A stretch of DNA of 64,000 bases from Octopus vulgaris (GCA_951406725.2 OX597825.1:29140001-29204000), one strand, 5' to 3'. Shown: positions 1 through 13,001, counted from the first letter of the stretch. Notes: generated by a model not told the origin, from the letters alone. Translations and numbers: made by a program.

Positions 1-141
1 GATCCCTTAAAATTAAACCATAGCATCTCTGAAATAAAGGAAGGATACATTGGCTAATTATAGTCGTGGATGGGATGGTCAAAGCTGGAATGCTCTTTTT
101 CTTTTTCTTTTTAATCAGGACTGACTTGGGGCTAAACAAAA
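1..141 (+). mobile_element. 3' end of an interspersed repeat (working family G)
   Basis: GGGATGGTCAAAGCTGGAATGC...GACTTGGGGCTAAACAA; related pieces at about 4985-5065, 8040-8082 (-), 55165-55290 and 57070-57120 (-). Confidence 0.5.
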
Positions 142-219
142 ATGATTTCAATGAGATGTATAACCTTATTGCACATGTTACTAACACATATACTGTAACT
201 ACTGTTACAGCTGTTGGCT

Positions 220-220
220 A

Positions 221-261
<41 letters not shown>

Positions 262-367
262 TTACTACTACTACTACTACTCTTTATGCTGCTGCTATTA
301 CTACTACTACTACTACGACGACGACGACGACAACGACGACTACACCAACAACTAATATTTCTACTAT

Positions 368-436
<69 letters not shown>

Positions 437-528
437 GACGCCGACGACAACGTCGCCGACAAAGACTACAACAACAACAACAACAACAACTACTACTACT
501 GCTGCTGCTGCTGCAGCTGCTGCAGCTG

Positions 529-562
<34 letters not shown>

Positions 563-632
563 AGTAACGTATATATCGATAGCGCAAGAACTATTACCAC
601 CACCACTACCATCACCACCACCACCTCCACCA
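220..632. repeat. compound trinucleotide microsatellite (ACT/ACG/ACA/GCT/ACC)n
   Basis: direct reading. Confidence 0.95.
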
Positions 633-1138
633 CTTCTTCATGTAATAACAGTACTACGGAGATATATCGGTTATCTCTTTCATGACTATATATCAGATAT
701 ATCGATTTCCACGCCCACCAGGTATTGGTTGTATCGATCTGCAAAGCAAAGCTAGAATATAGAAACCCAAGGTTTTTTTTCCTTTCCTTTTCCTTTCACC
801 AATCTATTACTCAATATTATTACTGTTGTGTTCACTAACGAGATTAGCAATGTCCCTTTATCGACGATTTTTCAGTAAAGGATTTTACGTGTTTCTTACA
901 CGTTACATGAAGTTAGGTTTTCAGGCGAGCTGGCCCGGTGGACGGCGACACGTAGACTAAGATGGCTCGTTTTAAAGATGAAGATTCAAACGTATCGTGT
1001 TTTTGGTTTATGCACAGGAAGAAAATCCCTGTTCTTCATTATCACAGTTTGTCTAATTGCCGATAGGAAATTGGTATCTCGAGATCTGCGATAGGTACCT
1101 TTGATTTTAATATTGGTTTATGTATGCATGTATGTTAC

Positions 1139-1165
1139 ATATATATATATGCGTGTGGGTGTGTA

Positions 1166-1252
<87 letters not shown>

Positions 1253-1455
1253 GTATATATATATATGTATATGTATATATATATATGTATATATATATAT
1301 GTATGTATATATACATGTATATATAAATATATATATGTATATATATATATGTATATATATATGTATATGTATATATATATGTATATATATATATGTATGT
1401 ATATATACATGTATATATAAATATATACATACATATATATATATATGTATATATG

Positions 1456-1488
<33 letters not shown>

Positions 1489-1512
1489 TTATATATATAT
1501 GTATATATGTAT
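1139..1512. repeat. (TA)n/(TATG)n microsatellite
   Basis: direct reading. Confidence 0.95.
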
Positions 1513-1914
1513 ACTCTTTTTACTCTTTTACTTGTTTCAGTCATTTGACTGCGGCCATACAGGAGCACCGCCTTTAGTCGAGCAAATCGACCTCAGGATT
1601 TATTCTTTGTAAGCCTTGTACTTATTCTATCGGTCTCTTTTGCCGTAACCGCTAGGTTACGAGGACGTAAACACACCAGCATCGGTTGTCAAGCGATGTT
1701 GGGGGGACAAACACAGACACACAATCATATACACACATATACATATACATATATACGACAGGCTTCTTTCAGTTTCCGTCTACCAAATCCACTGACAAGG
1801 CTTTGGTCGGTTCAAGGCTATAGTAGAAGACACTTGCCCAAGGTGACAGGCAGTGGAACTGAATCTGGAGCCGTGTGGTTGGTAAGCTAGCTACTTACCA
1901 CACAGCCACTCCTG
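1513..1914 (-). mobile_element. tRNA-derived SINE, family A, full length
   Basis: minus strand: AGGAGTGGCTGTGTGGTAAGTAGC head, CCTTGGGCAAGTGTCTT CORE-like motif, internal microsatellite, AGTAAAAG-repeat tail; more than 15 copies in window. Confidence 0.9.
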
Positions 1915-1922
1915 TAAGCATA

Positions 1923-2109
1923 TATATTTGAAAAAATTAGTAGAGATGGCTTTTGGGGGGATAATTTAAATTTTAATGATAATGTTTACAGTTACTCTAA
2001 TGAGTTTCAGTTTGAAAACGGCGATCGAAAAGTTAGAGTACCTAAACATTATCATTAAAATAACAATTATCCGCCCCAGAAGCCATCTCTACTCATTTTT
2101 TCAAATATA
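1923..2109. mobile_element. fold-back element (about 78-bp arms) with a decayed hammerhead-like centre
   Basis: 1923-2000 is an imperfect reverse complement of 2033-2109; centre reads TACT-CTAATGA-G...C-GAAAAGTTAGAGTA. Confidence 0.65.
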
Positions 2110-2258
2110 GTACACTGTACCAAGAACGCTTTTTTTTATTATTCTAATCTATATATATTCATATATACATACATATATACACATGCATACGCACAATCAG
2201 ATATGTGTGTATATATATATATATATGTATATATATATAATAAATATTATATTATTTA

Positions 2259-2304
<46 letters not shown>

Positions 2305-2403
2305 TATATACACACATATATATATACATACATATATATATACATACATATATATATACATACATATATATATACATACATATATATATACATACATATA
2401 TAT

Positions 2404-2468
<65 letters not shown>

Positions 2469-2470
<2 letters not shown>

Positions 2471-2660
2471 ATATTAATTAGAGACAAAACCACTATTATG
2501 CAAATCAAACAAAGAAAGATTTAATCCAATACATAAAAAATTTTATATAAATTAAATAAAATTAAGTTATCCACTACAATTGTTTCATATATACACATGC
2601 ATACGCACACGCAGATATGTGTGTATATATATATATATATATAATATATATTATATTATT

Positions 2661-2720
<60 letters not shown>

Positions 2721-2910
2721 TATATTCATAATTTAAAATTGAATAGAAGGTCTTGAAACCACCTGATGAATGTCCTTAGAAGTGACAAGAAACAATTGTA
2801 GTGGATAACTTAATTTTATTTAATTTATATAAAAATTTTTATGTATTGGATTAAATCTTTCTTTCTTTGTTTGATTTGCATAATAGTGGTTTTGTCTCTA
2901 ATTAATATTA
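2469..2910 (+). mobile_element. Penelope-like pseudo-LTR fragment with inverted partial copy
   Basis: 2469-2586 is the reverse complement of 2789-2910; right-hand copy carries a hammerhead; embedded in (TA)n; related fragment at about 59195-59260. Confidence 0.7.
2759..2804 (+). ncRNA. minimal type-I hammerhead ribozyme
   Basis: CCAC-CTGATGA-A-TGTC(loop)GACA-A-GAAA-CAATTG-TA-GTGG: intact core, stems I and II, palindromic stem III, GUA triplet. Confidence 0.8.
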
Positions 2911-3784
<874 letters not shown>

Positions 3785-3819
3785 GTTTATTATCTTCAAA
3801 ACGGAAACTAACTCTTTCC

Positions 3820-4088
3820 GCAAATAGAATAAGTACTAGGCTTACAAAGAATAAGTCCTGGGGGTTGATTTGTTCGACTAAACGTGATGCTCCAGCATGA
3901 TCGCAGTCAAATGACTGAAACAAATAAAAAAAAGAGTAAGATATGCATAACCCCAACCCTAACCGTCTACCAAATCCACTCACAAGGCTTAAAGTTGAAA
4001 GCTTTTGTCAAGGTGCCAAGCAGTGGAATTGAACCCAGAACCATGCCGTGTAGCTGGAAAGCAAACTTTTTACCAGACAGCCATGCCT
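3820..4088. mobile_element. family A SINE fragments (3' half on +, 5' half on -)
   Basis: ATAGAATAAGTACTAGGC...ATGACTGAAACAA followed by CCGTCTACCAAATCCACTCACAAGGC. Confidence 0.75.
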
Positions 4089-4376
4089 GTTAAAATATAA
4101 TATTGAAGTATTTAGAAAATCCATATTTATTCTTAAGCATCTTGACAAAAACATATTATTTGCTCTCTTGATATACTCTCGCATGAATAATAAAGTAAAG
4201 GAAGAGATAATAGTTTTCTACATATTTTTCTAGACTTTTAACTTTAATGATAGAGATTTTCTTCCTTTTCCATGCAGTGTACGCCAGTGGGCTTTGTTCG
4301 GTTTATTTGTCTCCAGCGGGTCGTGAAATCAAAATGGTTGATAATCACTGATGCATGCAATTCTTATCACATTATA

Positions 4377-4746
4377 CTAGGTCTGGTCAATAAGTATCCG
4401 GACTGTTGCTATAGTAACGAAGCTAAAGCTCGCAGAGTAAAGCCGCTTGGCACAGATTGAGCTTGAATGCTGATGTGCATGCGCACTAAGTTTTAGCGTA
4501 CTACATCTCTTCTGCCGTTTACAGCAATGCTTGGAAGGAAGTTGTGTAGCGTGTGATCGCCGAATTGAGCTCAACAGAAAAAGTTGCGCGGTGATACCCG
4601 CTCAGAGGCCTGCTCAAAGTTACAGAAAATGTATGGAGAGGAATGTATGAGCCGAACACAAGTCTATGAGTGGTTCAGACGTTTTTAAGATGGCCGACAA
4701 ATGTCGATATTGACGAACGCTATGGGAAACCCGCAACCAGCAAAAC
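4377..4746 (+). mobile_element. mariner transposon remnant (left TIR and N-terminal HTH of transposase)
   Basis: TA-CTAGGTCTGGTCAATAAGTATCCGGAC TIR-like start; from 4590 translates GDTRSEACSKLQKMYGEECMSRTQVYEWFRRF*DGR then frameshift to DERYGKPATS. Confidence 0.85.
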
Positions 4747-4859
4747 CTCTCGATAAAAGCAGAACTTCTCGATAAAAGTTGCCAATGCCTGCTTTATGAG
4801 GTCATCCGACCTGTTTGAAATGTAAATCTGTTTGTTTGTCAGTCTGTTTGCCTAGTCTA

Positions 4860-4951
<92 letters not shown>

Positions 4952-4990
4952 TCACTCACTTACTCACTCACTCAATCAATCAATCAATCA
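4860..4990. repeat. (TGTC)n/(TC)n/(CACT)n microsatellite
   Basis: direct reading. Confidence 0.9.
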
Positions 4991-5293
4991 CACCCTACCT
5001 GTCTTCAACGAAAAGGAAGACTGAATGCTATGGTCATAATTGGAGCGCCTTTGATCATATGTTTTCTCACAGCAAACTTAAGGCTGAACCTACTCGCTCA
5101 ATATGTGCTGAAATTTTCATTTTTTTACGCATGAACACACACAAACATACGCACAAGAACGTAAACACACATACACACATACAGACGTAAACACACATAT
5201 ACACACAATTGAATTTGGCAGTCAGATATTATTTTTAAAAAAGACCTTCTCAATTGGACTTCAGAATACGTTAACATGCCATATTCCATATCA

Positions 5294-5448
<155 letters not shown>

Positions 5449-5598
5449 AAGCGTAAAGGCAAGTGCTAGCGTTAAACACTGTGAAGGGATTCGGTGCACT
5501 TTGTTCTGGATGGATTGGGATACGGGTTTGTACTTGAATCAAGAACAAGTAATTCGAACAATCCCAGGTGTGGTGCGATTGCTGATTATAGATTTCAT

Positions 5599-5698
<100 letters not shown>

Positions 5699-5838
5699 TC
5701 AATACCACATATTTAATGTTGAACGCTTGTATCTGCGGTAACACATTCATGAACTATAAAATATTGATAATGCCCACATTATTGAGCTGCTTCTAACACA
5801 GTTGTGTGTGCGAGTGTGTGTGTGCATAAATATTTGAC

Positions 5839-6168
5839 ATGGCTCAGTGGTTAGAGCGTCGAGCTTACGATCGTGAGGTTGTGAGTTCGATTCCTGGACC
5901 GGGCTGCGTGTTGTCTTCTTGAGCAAGACACTTTATTTCACGTTGCTCCAGTTCACTCAGCTGTAGAAATGATTTACGACGTCACAGGTGCCAAGCTGTA
6001 TCGGCATTTGGCTTTCCCTTGGCTAACAATGGTGGCGTGGAGAGGGGAGGCTGGTATGCATGGGCAAATGCTAGTCTTCCATAAGAACAACCTTGCCCAG
6101 TCTTGTGCCTGCAAGGGTAACTTTCTAGGTGCAATCCCATGGTCAGCCATGACCGAAGGAGTGGTCTC
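5839..6168 (+). mobile_element. tRNA-derived SINE, family D head with tail S
   Basis: A box TGGCTCAGTGG, B box GAGTTCGATTCC, CORE-like CTTGAGCAAGACACTTT. Confidence 0.85.
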
Positions 6169-6169
6169 A

Positions 6170-6212
<43 letters not shown>

Positions 6213-6217
<5 letters not shown>

Positions 6218-6381
6218 CTCTTCCTTGAATCTTTCCTTTTTCTATTTCTGACGAAGAGCTCCGCTCGAAACGTTGAATCATCCTTCTTCCTTTTCTTTCC
6301 TGAGCGTCCACTAACACTTTACTTGTTCCACGTCCTCGCATTGTTGTGTTTTCTCATTGTGTTTTCATGTTTGGATTAACT
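6213..6381 (+). mobile_element. hammerhead-bearing short repeat, family F
   Basis: matches copies at 24347, 31063, 34940 and 59951 in opposite orientation; lies between TA tracts. Confidence 0.8.
6244..6278 (+). ncRNA. minimal hammerhead ribozyme (family F)
   Basis: ATTT-CTGACGA-A-GAGC(TCC)GCTC-GAAA-CG-TT-GAAT. Confidence 0.7.
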
Positions 6382-6396
6382 TTACACACACACACG

Positions 6397-6460
<64 letters not shown>

Positions 6461-6484
6461 CATATGCATATATCTTCTATTTTT

Positions 6485-7048
6485 TTTTAATTATTATAAA
6501 ATGTTCCACTGAGGAGGGAGCCAGTTTCCAACAAAGATACAAGGCTCCATCTTTAGGATGTAGTTAACACAGACAAATTTACATTTGGAACTTGAGAAAA
6601 ATCTTGCATATTTTTACTGTTCCACTCACAGATTGCACTCATAATGTACGAATTAGCCGGTCCATTTCTCTTTCTGAAAAGTTTATCCAGGTTCTCCTTT
6701 AAGCATTTACTAACAAAACCTAGTGTTCCAATTATTATTGATATGACTATGTATTCATACTCTAGATATAGAAGCTGAATGCTTCGAAGCAGTTATCCAT
6801 AGATATCCTCTTTTTCTTCGATTTTCAAAGAGCTATATATATCTGCAGGGCAGCTGACCTCTATGTTGGTACACACCTTTACCTTTCGGCCAGTTATATT
6901 TAGATTTGACAGAAGTTTTGATTGGAATATTTCACTTGTATTCTTTGAGTTGGTGTTTATGAATGAATTCCATAACAGAAAGATTTTCTAAGTTTATTTG
7001 AAGACAGTCATTTTGCGGATGGTATTGCGAATTGTTTTAGCAATATGT
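6485..7048 (-). mobile_element. R4/Dong-type non-LTR retrotransposon 3' fragment (restriction-like endonuclease pseudogene)
   Basis: minus strand translates VHIAKTIRNTIRK... and KVCTNIEVSCPADIYSSLKIEEKEDIYG*LLRSIQLLYLEYEYIVISIIIGTLGFVSKCLKENLDKL, typical of the RLE C-terminus. Confidence 0.75.
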
Positions 7049-7115
7049 ACGTACGTACGTATGTATGTATGTATGTATGTATGTATGTATGTATGTATGT
7101 ATGTATGTATGTATG

Positions 7116-7460
7116 CATCATCATCATCATCGATTAACGTCCGTTTTACATGATGGCATGGGCTCGACGGTTTGACTGTGGTCTGGAGAGCCAGCGGCTG
7201 CACCAGGCTCTAATCTGGTCTGGCGGAGTTTCTACAGCTTGATGTCCTTCCTAACGCCAACCACTCCGAGAGTGTAGTGGGTCCTTTATACGTGCCACCA
7301 GCACAGGAGCCAGTAAGGTGGTCCTGGCAATGATCATGTTCGGATGATGCTTTTACGTGCCACTGGCACAGGAGCTAGTCAGGCGGACCTGGCTTCAATC
7401 TCGTTCGGATGGTACCTTTGACGTGCCATCGGCACGGGAGCCAGCCAGAGTGCACCGGCC
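7116..7460 (-). mobile_element. RTE LINE 3'-UTR copy (family B)
   Basis: reverse complement of about 52200-52561 including the (GAT)n tail. Confidence 0.85.
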
Positions 7461-7560
7461 TCTATGTATGTGTGTATGTATGTATGTATGTATGTATGTA
7501 TGTATGTATGTATGTATGTATGTATGTATGTATGTATGTATGTATGTATGTATGCATATA

Positions 7561-7967
7561 CTCTCTTTTACTCTTTTACTTGTTTCAGTCATGTGACTGC
7601 GGCCATGCTGAAGCACCACCTTTAGTCGGGCAAATCGACCCCAGGACTTATTCTTTGTAAGCCTAATGCTTATTCTATCGGTCTCTTTTGCCGAACCACT
7701 AAGTTACGGGGGCGTAAACACACCAGCATCGGTTGTCAAGTGATGTTGAGGGGACAAACACAGACGCACAAACACACACACACATTTATATATACATATG
7801 CATATATACGACGGGCATCTTTCAGTTTCCGTCAACCAAATTCACTCACAAGGCTTTAGTCGGCCCGAGGCTATAGTAGAAGACACTTGCCCAAGGTGCC
7901 ACGCAGTGGGACTGAAGCCGGAACCATGTTGTTGGTAAACAAGCTACTTACCACAGAGACACTCCTG
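7561..7967 (-). mobile_element. family A SINE, full length
   Basis: matches 1513-1914. Confidence 0.9.
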
Positions 7968-8724
7968 CGAAAAATTATGCGACATGGAATTCAATTATAA
8001 GTGGCCTATACTCCGCTTTGGAGAGTTAAAGGCAGAAAAAAAAAGGATATGATTTGAAAAAGATTTGGCTCCTATGTCTAGTAGATTGGAAATATTACGA
8101 AGATGTAGAGTCTCCTTGATTTAATCCATTGCGACCAACTTCGAATTTGCTTGTCACTTTGATTTCGGCAATTCGGCAAATCTGTTTTTATTATTATCAG
8201 TATTGTTATTATTTGTTTGTTTTTGAATTCTCGCCAATTCTGTAAGACGATGAAATATGGTCTGTCTTTGAAAATCTGACACAAGTTCTATCAACGTATT
8301 TCTGTTAATTTCCAATTGAATTTATCATCGACAAAAATGTCACTCTATCTGAAAGATCGTGGTCAATTTAGTGAATCAATAACTTCTTACTAACTTTGCT
8401 ATCGGCAACATAAACCTCAAGTTTGCTTGTGTGTTTTTGTGTGTGTGGTGTATGTGTGTGAATGTATGAAGTTGGGTGTAGCTCAAGACAAGCTGTCATA
8501 TGTATGCAGGCTCTGTGTGGAGGTTATCTTGTGTATGCGGGTGTGTGCGTGCGTGTGTATGTGTATACGTGTGTATGCATGTGTGATTAGATTGCGTGTC
8601 TGTCTGTGAACTGGATGCATATGCTTGTGGGTGTGTTAGCTGTATCTCGCTGCAGGGTCTCTTTTTGCGGGCAGGATGTGTGCAGCAGCAAGTTACATTT
8701 GCAGCACGAAGTTGTATCAATGGG

Positions 8725-9305
8725 GTGCGGTGAATTGGCAGAATCGTTAGCACGCCGGGCGAAATGCGTAGCTGTATTTCGTCTGCCGTTACGTTCTTAG
8801 TTCAAATTCCGCCGTGGTCGACTTTTCCTTTCATCCTTTCGGGGTCGATTAAATAAGTACCAGTTACGCACTGGGGTCGATGTAATCGACTTAATCCGTT
8901 TGTCTGTCCTTGTTTATCCTCTCTGTGATTAGCCCCTTGTGGGTAGTAAAGAAATAGGTATTTTGTCTGCCGTTACGTTCTGAGTTCAAATTCCGCCGAG
9001 ATCGACTTTGTCTTTCATCCTTTCGGAGTCGATAAATTAAGTACCAGTTACGCACTGGGGTCGATGTAATCGACTTAATCCGTTTGTCTGTCCTTGTTTG
9101 TCCTTTCTGTGTTTAGACCCTTGTGGGTAGTAAAGAAATAGGTATTTCCTCTGTCTCCACGTTCTGAGTTCAAATGCCACCGGGGTCGACTTTGCCTTTC
9201 ATCCTTTCGGGGTCGATAAATTAAGTACCGGTGAAACACTGGGGTGGATGTAATCGACTTACCCCCCCCAAAAAAAAAATTTCGAGGCCTTGTGCCTAAA
9301 GTAGG
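8725..9305 (+). mobile_element. tRNA-derived SINE family C, tandem trimer
   Basis: TGGCAGAATCGTTAGC...GAGTTCAAATTCC head; body CCTTTCATCCTTTCGGGGTCGAT...AAGTACCAG repeated three times. Confidence 0.9.
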
Positions 9306-9494
9306 AAGGTTGTGTGTCTGAATAGGTTGTGTACCCGGATAGGAGAGTGTAGATTGTGTTTGTCTCTAGGAATGCACCCCAAAATTATATTGCCTGTGTA
9401 TAGGTTTTGTGGTTTTGTGAGAAGGTTATGTGTTTCTGTCCGTGTTTAGATTGTGTATTTGTGGGTATAGGAAATTACTAAGAGTAGATGATTG

Positions 9495-9622
9495 GAAGAA
9501 TTGTGAAGACACCAGACAAAATGCCTTGCAGTATTTAGTTTGGCTCTCTACATTCTGAGTTCAAATTCAACTTTGCTACCCATCCTTTCAGGGTCAATAA
9601 AGTAAAGTACTCATCAAGTACT
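9495..9622 (+). mobile_element. degenerate family C SINE
   Basis: CATTCTGAGTTCAAATTC...CATCCTTTCAGGGTCAATAA. Confidence 0.7.
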
Positions 9623-9944
9623 AGAGTAGATTGTGTTTGTCTCTAGGAATGCACCCCAAAAGTACAGTTCCTGTGTGAAGGTTTTGTGTTTTTGTGAGTA
9701 GGTTATGCGTATCTGTCCATGTGTAGGTTGTGTATCTGTGGGTAAATTGTGTCTGAGCCTGTGGCTTGTGTAGATCTGTGTTTAGGTTGCCTGTCATTCG
9801 TTTAAATACCCTTTGCTTATCTTGGCTCAAAGAATGACTGTCATTGGTTCAAATAAGTATTGTGCGTCATTAACTCAAATAATACTGGCCCAGAGACAGG
9901 TTTAAATGATGGCTCCATACACCAAAATATGTGACATTATCTAA

Positions 9945-10345
9945 AGGTGGCGAACATCGCTAGCGTAACAGCATTTTGTCCGCCTTTACATTCTGAGTTC
10001 AAATTCCATCAAGATTCACTTTGCCTTTTCATTCCTACATGGTTGATAATATAAGTACCAGTTGAGCAACGTACCAGTTGAGCAACGTACCAGTTGAGCA
10101 ACATACCAGTTGAGCAACGTACGAGTTGAGCAACGTACCAGCTGAGCAACGTACCAGTTGAGCAACGTACGAGTTGAGCAACGTACGAGTTGAGCAACGT
10201 ACCAGTTGAGCAACGTACCAGTTGAGCAACGTACCAGTTGAGCAACGTACCAGTTGAGCAACGTACCAGTTGAGCAACGTACCAGTTGAGCAACGTACCA
10301 GTTGAGCATGGTATCAACTAATGAGTCTCGCTTAAAATTTCTGGT
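9945..10345 (+). mobile_element. family C SINE containing an internal tandem expansion
   Basis: head AAGGTGGCGAAC...TTCTGAGTTCAAATTCC then 16-bp array. Confidence 0.75.
10055..10308. repeat. 16-bp minisatellite (GTACCAGTTGAGCAAC) x about 16
   Basis: direct reading; few variants. Confidence 0.95.
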
Positions 10346-10564
10346 GCTGAACCTAAACCAGAAACCATTTTATCCTTTTCCATAAATCATAAAGTATTCT
10401 ATTAATGCTTTCTTCATTTTTTTTCTTTTTCATATTGCTTATTTTTATACGTTCATTCGAGTCATTCAGTATTTTCTCTCTTCTTTCACTTTGCTCTTAT
10501 ACTAAAGTCGGAAGAATGAAATAAGATATAAACAAAACTGGGAAATATTAAAACAAAATATCTA

Positions 10565-10636
10565 TACATACACATACATGTATATAAATATAAATATATA
10601 TAGATAGATAGATATATACACACACACATACATACA

Positions 10637-10691
<55 letters not shown>

Positions 10692-10692
10692 G

Positions 10693-10723
<31 letters not shown>

Positions 10724-10750
10724 GTATGTATATATATATGTATGTATATA

Positions 10751-10807
<57 letters not shown>

Positions 10808-10810
10808 GTG

Positions 10811-10871
<61 letters not shown>

Positions 10872-10880
10872 GTATGTATA
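10565..10880. repeat. (TA)n/(TATG)n microsatellite
   Basis: direct reading. Confidence 0.95.
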
Positions 10881-11299
10881 TAAGAAAATTTATCTCCCTC
10901 GGTAGTTGACATTCCAGCATAAACATTCGTATTGTGTGGATTCACTCCCTGACATCCTAACCACTCCCTGTACACCTGTCATTCCATGCCAGAGAACTTG
11001 TAATCGGTGTTACCTGTCTGGCATTTTCTTAAGCTCTGACATTCAGATATTCAGCCATTCTTCTGCTGTTCCAGTGGATACAGGATGCCAGAAGAATTCT
11101 GTTGTATGACCTTTGCTAGCACCAAATAACACAGGAAATTGTATACTCATACAAACATTCAAACGCACATAGACCCATACACACATAATGCAGATGCATA
11201 TACATGTCTTATGTGTATATATGTAGTTATATACAAATATTTTCCGTTATTAATGATGGGAAGCACTTCATAAACGTGTGTGTGTGTATATCTACATGT

Positions 11300-11300
<1 letters not shown>

Positions 11301-11372
<72 letters not shown>

Positions 11373-11460
11373 TAATAATAATAAAAATAATAATAATAAT
11401 AACAATAATAATAATAATAATAATAATAGTCATCATCATCATCAGCAGCAGCAGCAACAA
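11301..11460. repeat. (TAA)n microsatellite with CAT/CAG tail
   Basis: direct reading. Confidence 0.95.
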
Positions 11461-11537
11461 TTCCCAGTCTGTTCAACATACTGATGTGTGTATGTTTATA
11501 CACTTGAATAAATTCTTTAAATATGTTTATATGTATA

Positions 11538-11905
11538 GGTGCCAGCATTGCTGTGTGGTGGGAGGTTTGCATCCCAACCATATACTCCCACGTTCCGATC
11601 CATGGTATATCACCTTGGACCAATTGTCTTCTACTATAGCCTTCCGCTGAGTAAGGTTTTGTGTGTGGATTTGGTAGAAAGAAATTAAAAGAAGCTTATT
11701 GTGTGTGTGTGTGTGTGTATCTGTTTGTCTCCCAACAGTGTTGGTATGTTTACATTCCCATAACTTAGTGGTTTGGTAAAAGACTGATAGAATAAGTACC
11801 AGGTTTTAAAAAAAATCACTGGAGTTAATTCGTTTGACTAAAATTCTTCCATGTGGTGCCCCAGCATGGCCGCAGTCTAATGACTGAAGCAAGTAAAATA
11901 GATAA
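11538..11905 (+). mobile_element. degenerate family A SINE
   Basis: GCTGTGTGG head ... CAGCATGGCCGCAGTCTAATGACTGAAGCAAGTAAAA tail. Confidence 0.8.
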
Positions 11906-12056
11906 GATAAAACACATTTATTCACATAAACACATATATAGATGCACACATAGACACACACACACGTGCACACAAGCTCATACATGAAGAAAGTAGCACC
12001 TGAATACCAAAGATAGGGTAAAACAGTGTTGTGTTGCAGCTGAAAAACTTCATAAA

Positions 12057-12094
12057 CTGTTACTCAGAGTTTCAAATAAGTGATCATCAGAAAA
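12057..12094 (-). ncRNA. decayed hammerhead-like motif
   Basis: minus: CTGATGA-TCACTTATTT-GAAAC-TCTGA-GTA; stems I and II poor. Confidence 0.35.
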
Positions 12095-12284
12095 ACATGA
12101 GTATTTGCAACAATGCTCTAAATACTCTTGACTATCTCATGATCAGTTGCATGAAACTCTGGAAAACAATTTCTGAAACCTTTTCAATAAAACACCAGAA
12201 ATATATAAGGGTCTTTGTTTTGCAGGTGCTGGGGCCACATAAAATGACAAAATGTACTTATGCTGGTGTCTTTCAGAATTCACC

Positions 12285-12460
12285 CATGCCAGTAGCATGT
12301 AGAAGGCACCCAGTACACTTTGTAAAGATAGGGCATTCAGCTGTAGAGACCAAGCCAGAATAGACATTTGGAGCCTGCTGCAGATTTCTAGCTGGCCAGC
12401 ACCTATCAAACTGTCCAACCCAGGCCAGCATGGAAGACAGATGTTAAATAATGATAATGA
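12285..12460 (+). mobile_element. RTE 3'-UTR copy (family B)
   Basis: GGGCATTCAGCTGTAG...CCAGCATGGAAGACAGATGTTAAATAATGAT. Confidence 0.75.
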
Positions 12461-12471
12461 TATACATATAA

Positions 12472-13001
12472 GCGTAGGAGCGGCTGTGTGGTAGGTAGCT
12501 TGCTTACCAACAACATGGTTCTGGGTTCAGTCTCACTGCGTGGCACCTTGGGCAATTATCTTCAACTATAGCCTCGGGCCGACCAAAGCCTTGTGAGTGG
12601 ATTTGGTAGATGGAAACTGAAAGAAGCCCATCGTATATATGTATATATGTAGAAACATTGCCAGATCAGACTGGGCATGGTGCAGCCTTCTGGCTTCCCA
12701 GACCCCAGTTGAACCGTCCAACCCATAGTAGCATGGAAAGCGGATGCTAAACGATGATGATAATGATGATGTATGTATGTGTGTGTATATGTTTGTGTGT
12801 TTGTGTTTGTCTCCCCAACATTGCTTGACAACCGATGGTGGTGTGTTTACGTCCCCGTAACTTAGCGGTTCAGCAAAAGAGACCAATAGAATAAGTACTA
12901 GGCATCCAAAGAATAAGTCCTGGGGTCAATTTGCTGAATCAAAGACGGTGCTCCAGCATGGCCACAGTCAAATGACTGAAACAAGTAAAAGGGTAAAAGA
13001 G
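12472..13001 (+). mobile_element. family A SINE with a family B tail nested at 12650-12770
   Basis: A 5' half 12472-12640, B tail with (GAT)n, A 3' half 12780-13001. Confidence 0.85.

Noticed and set aside
66-755. 229-aa Thr-rich mucin-like ORF
   Set aside because: Read-through of trinucleotide microsatellites, open in several frames, starting inside a repeat with a non-ATG codon
5839-5905. tRNA gene (also other SINE heads and 56819-56868)
   Set aside because: A/B boxes present but no complete acceptor stem; continues into a SINE body
10055-10308. CRISPR-like array
   Set aside because: Contiguous tandem units with no spacers, no cas genes, eukaryotic context
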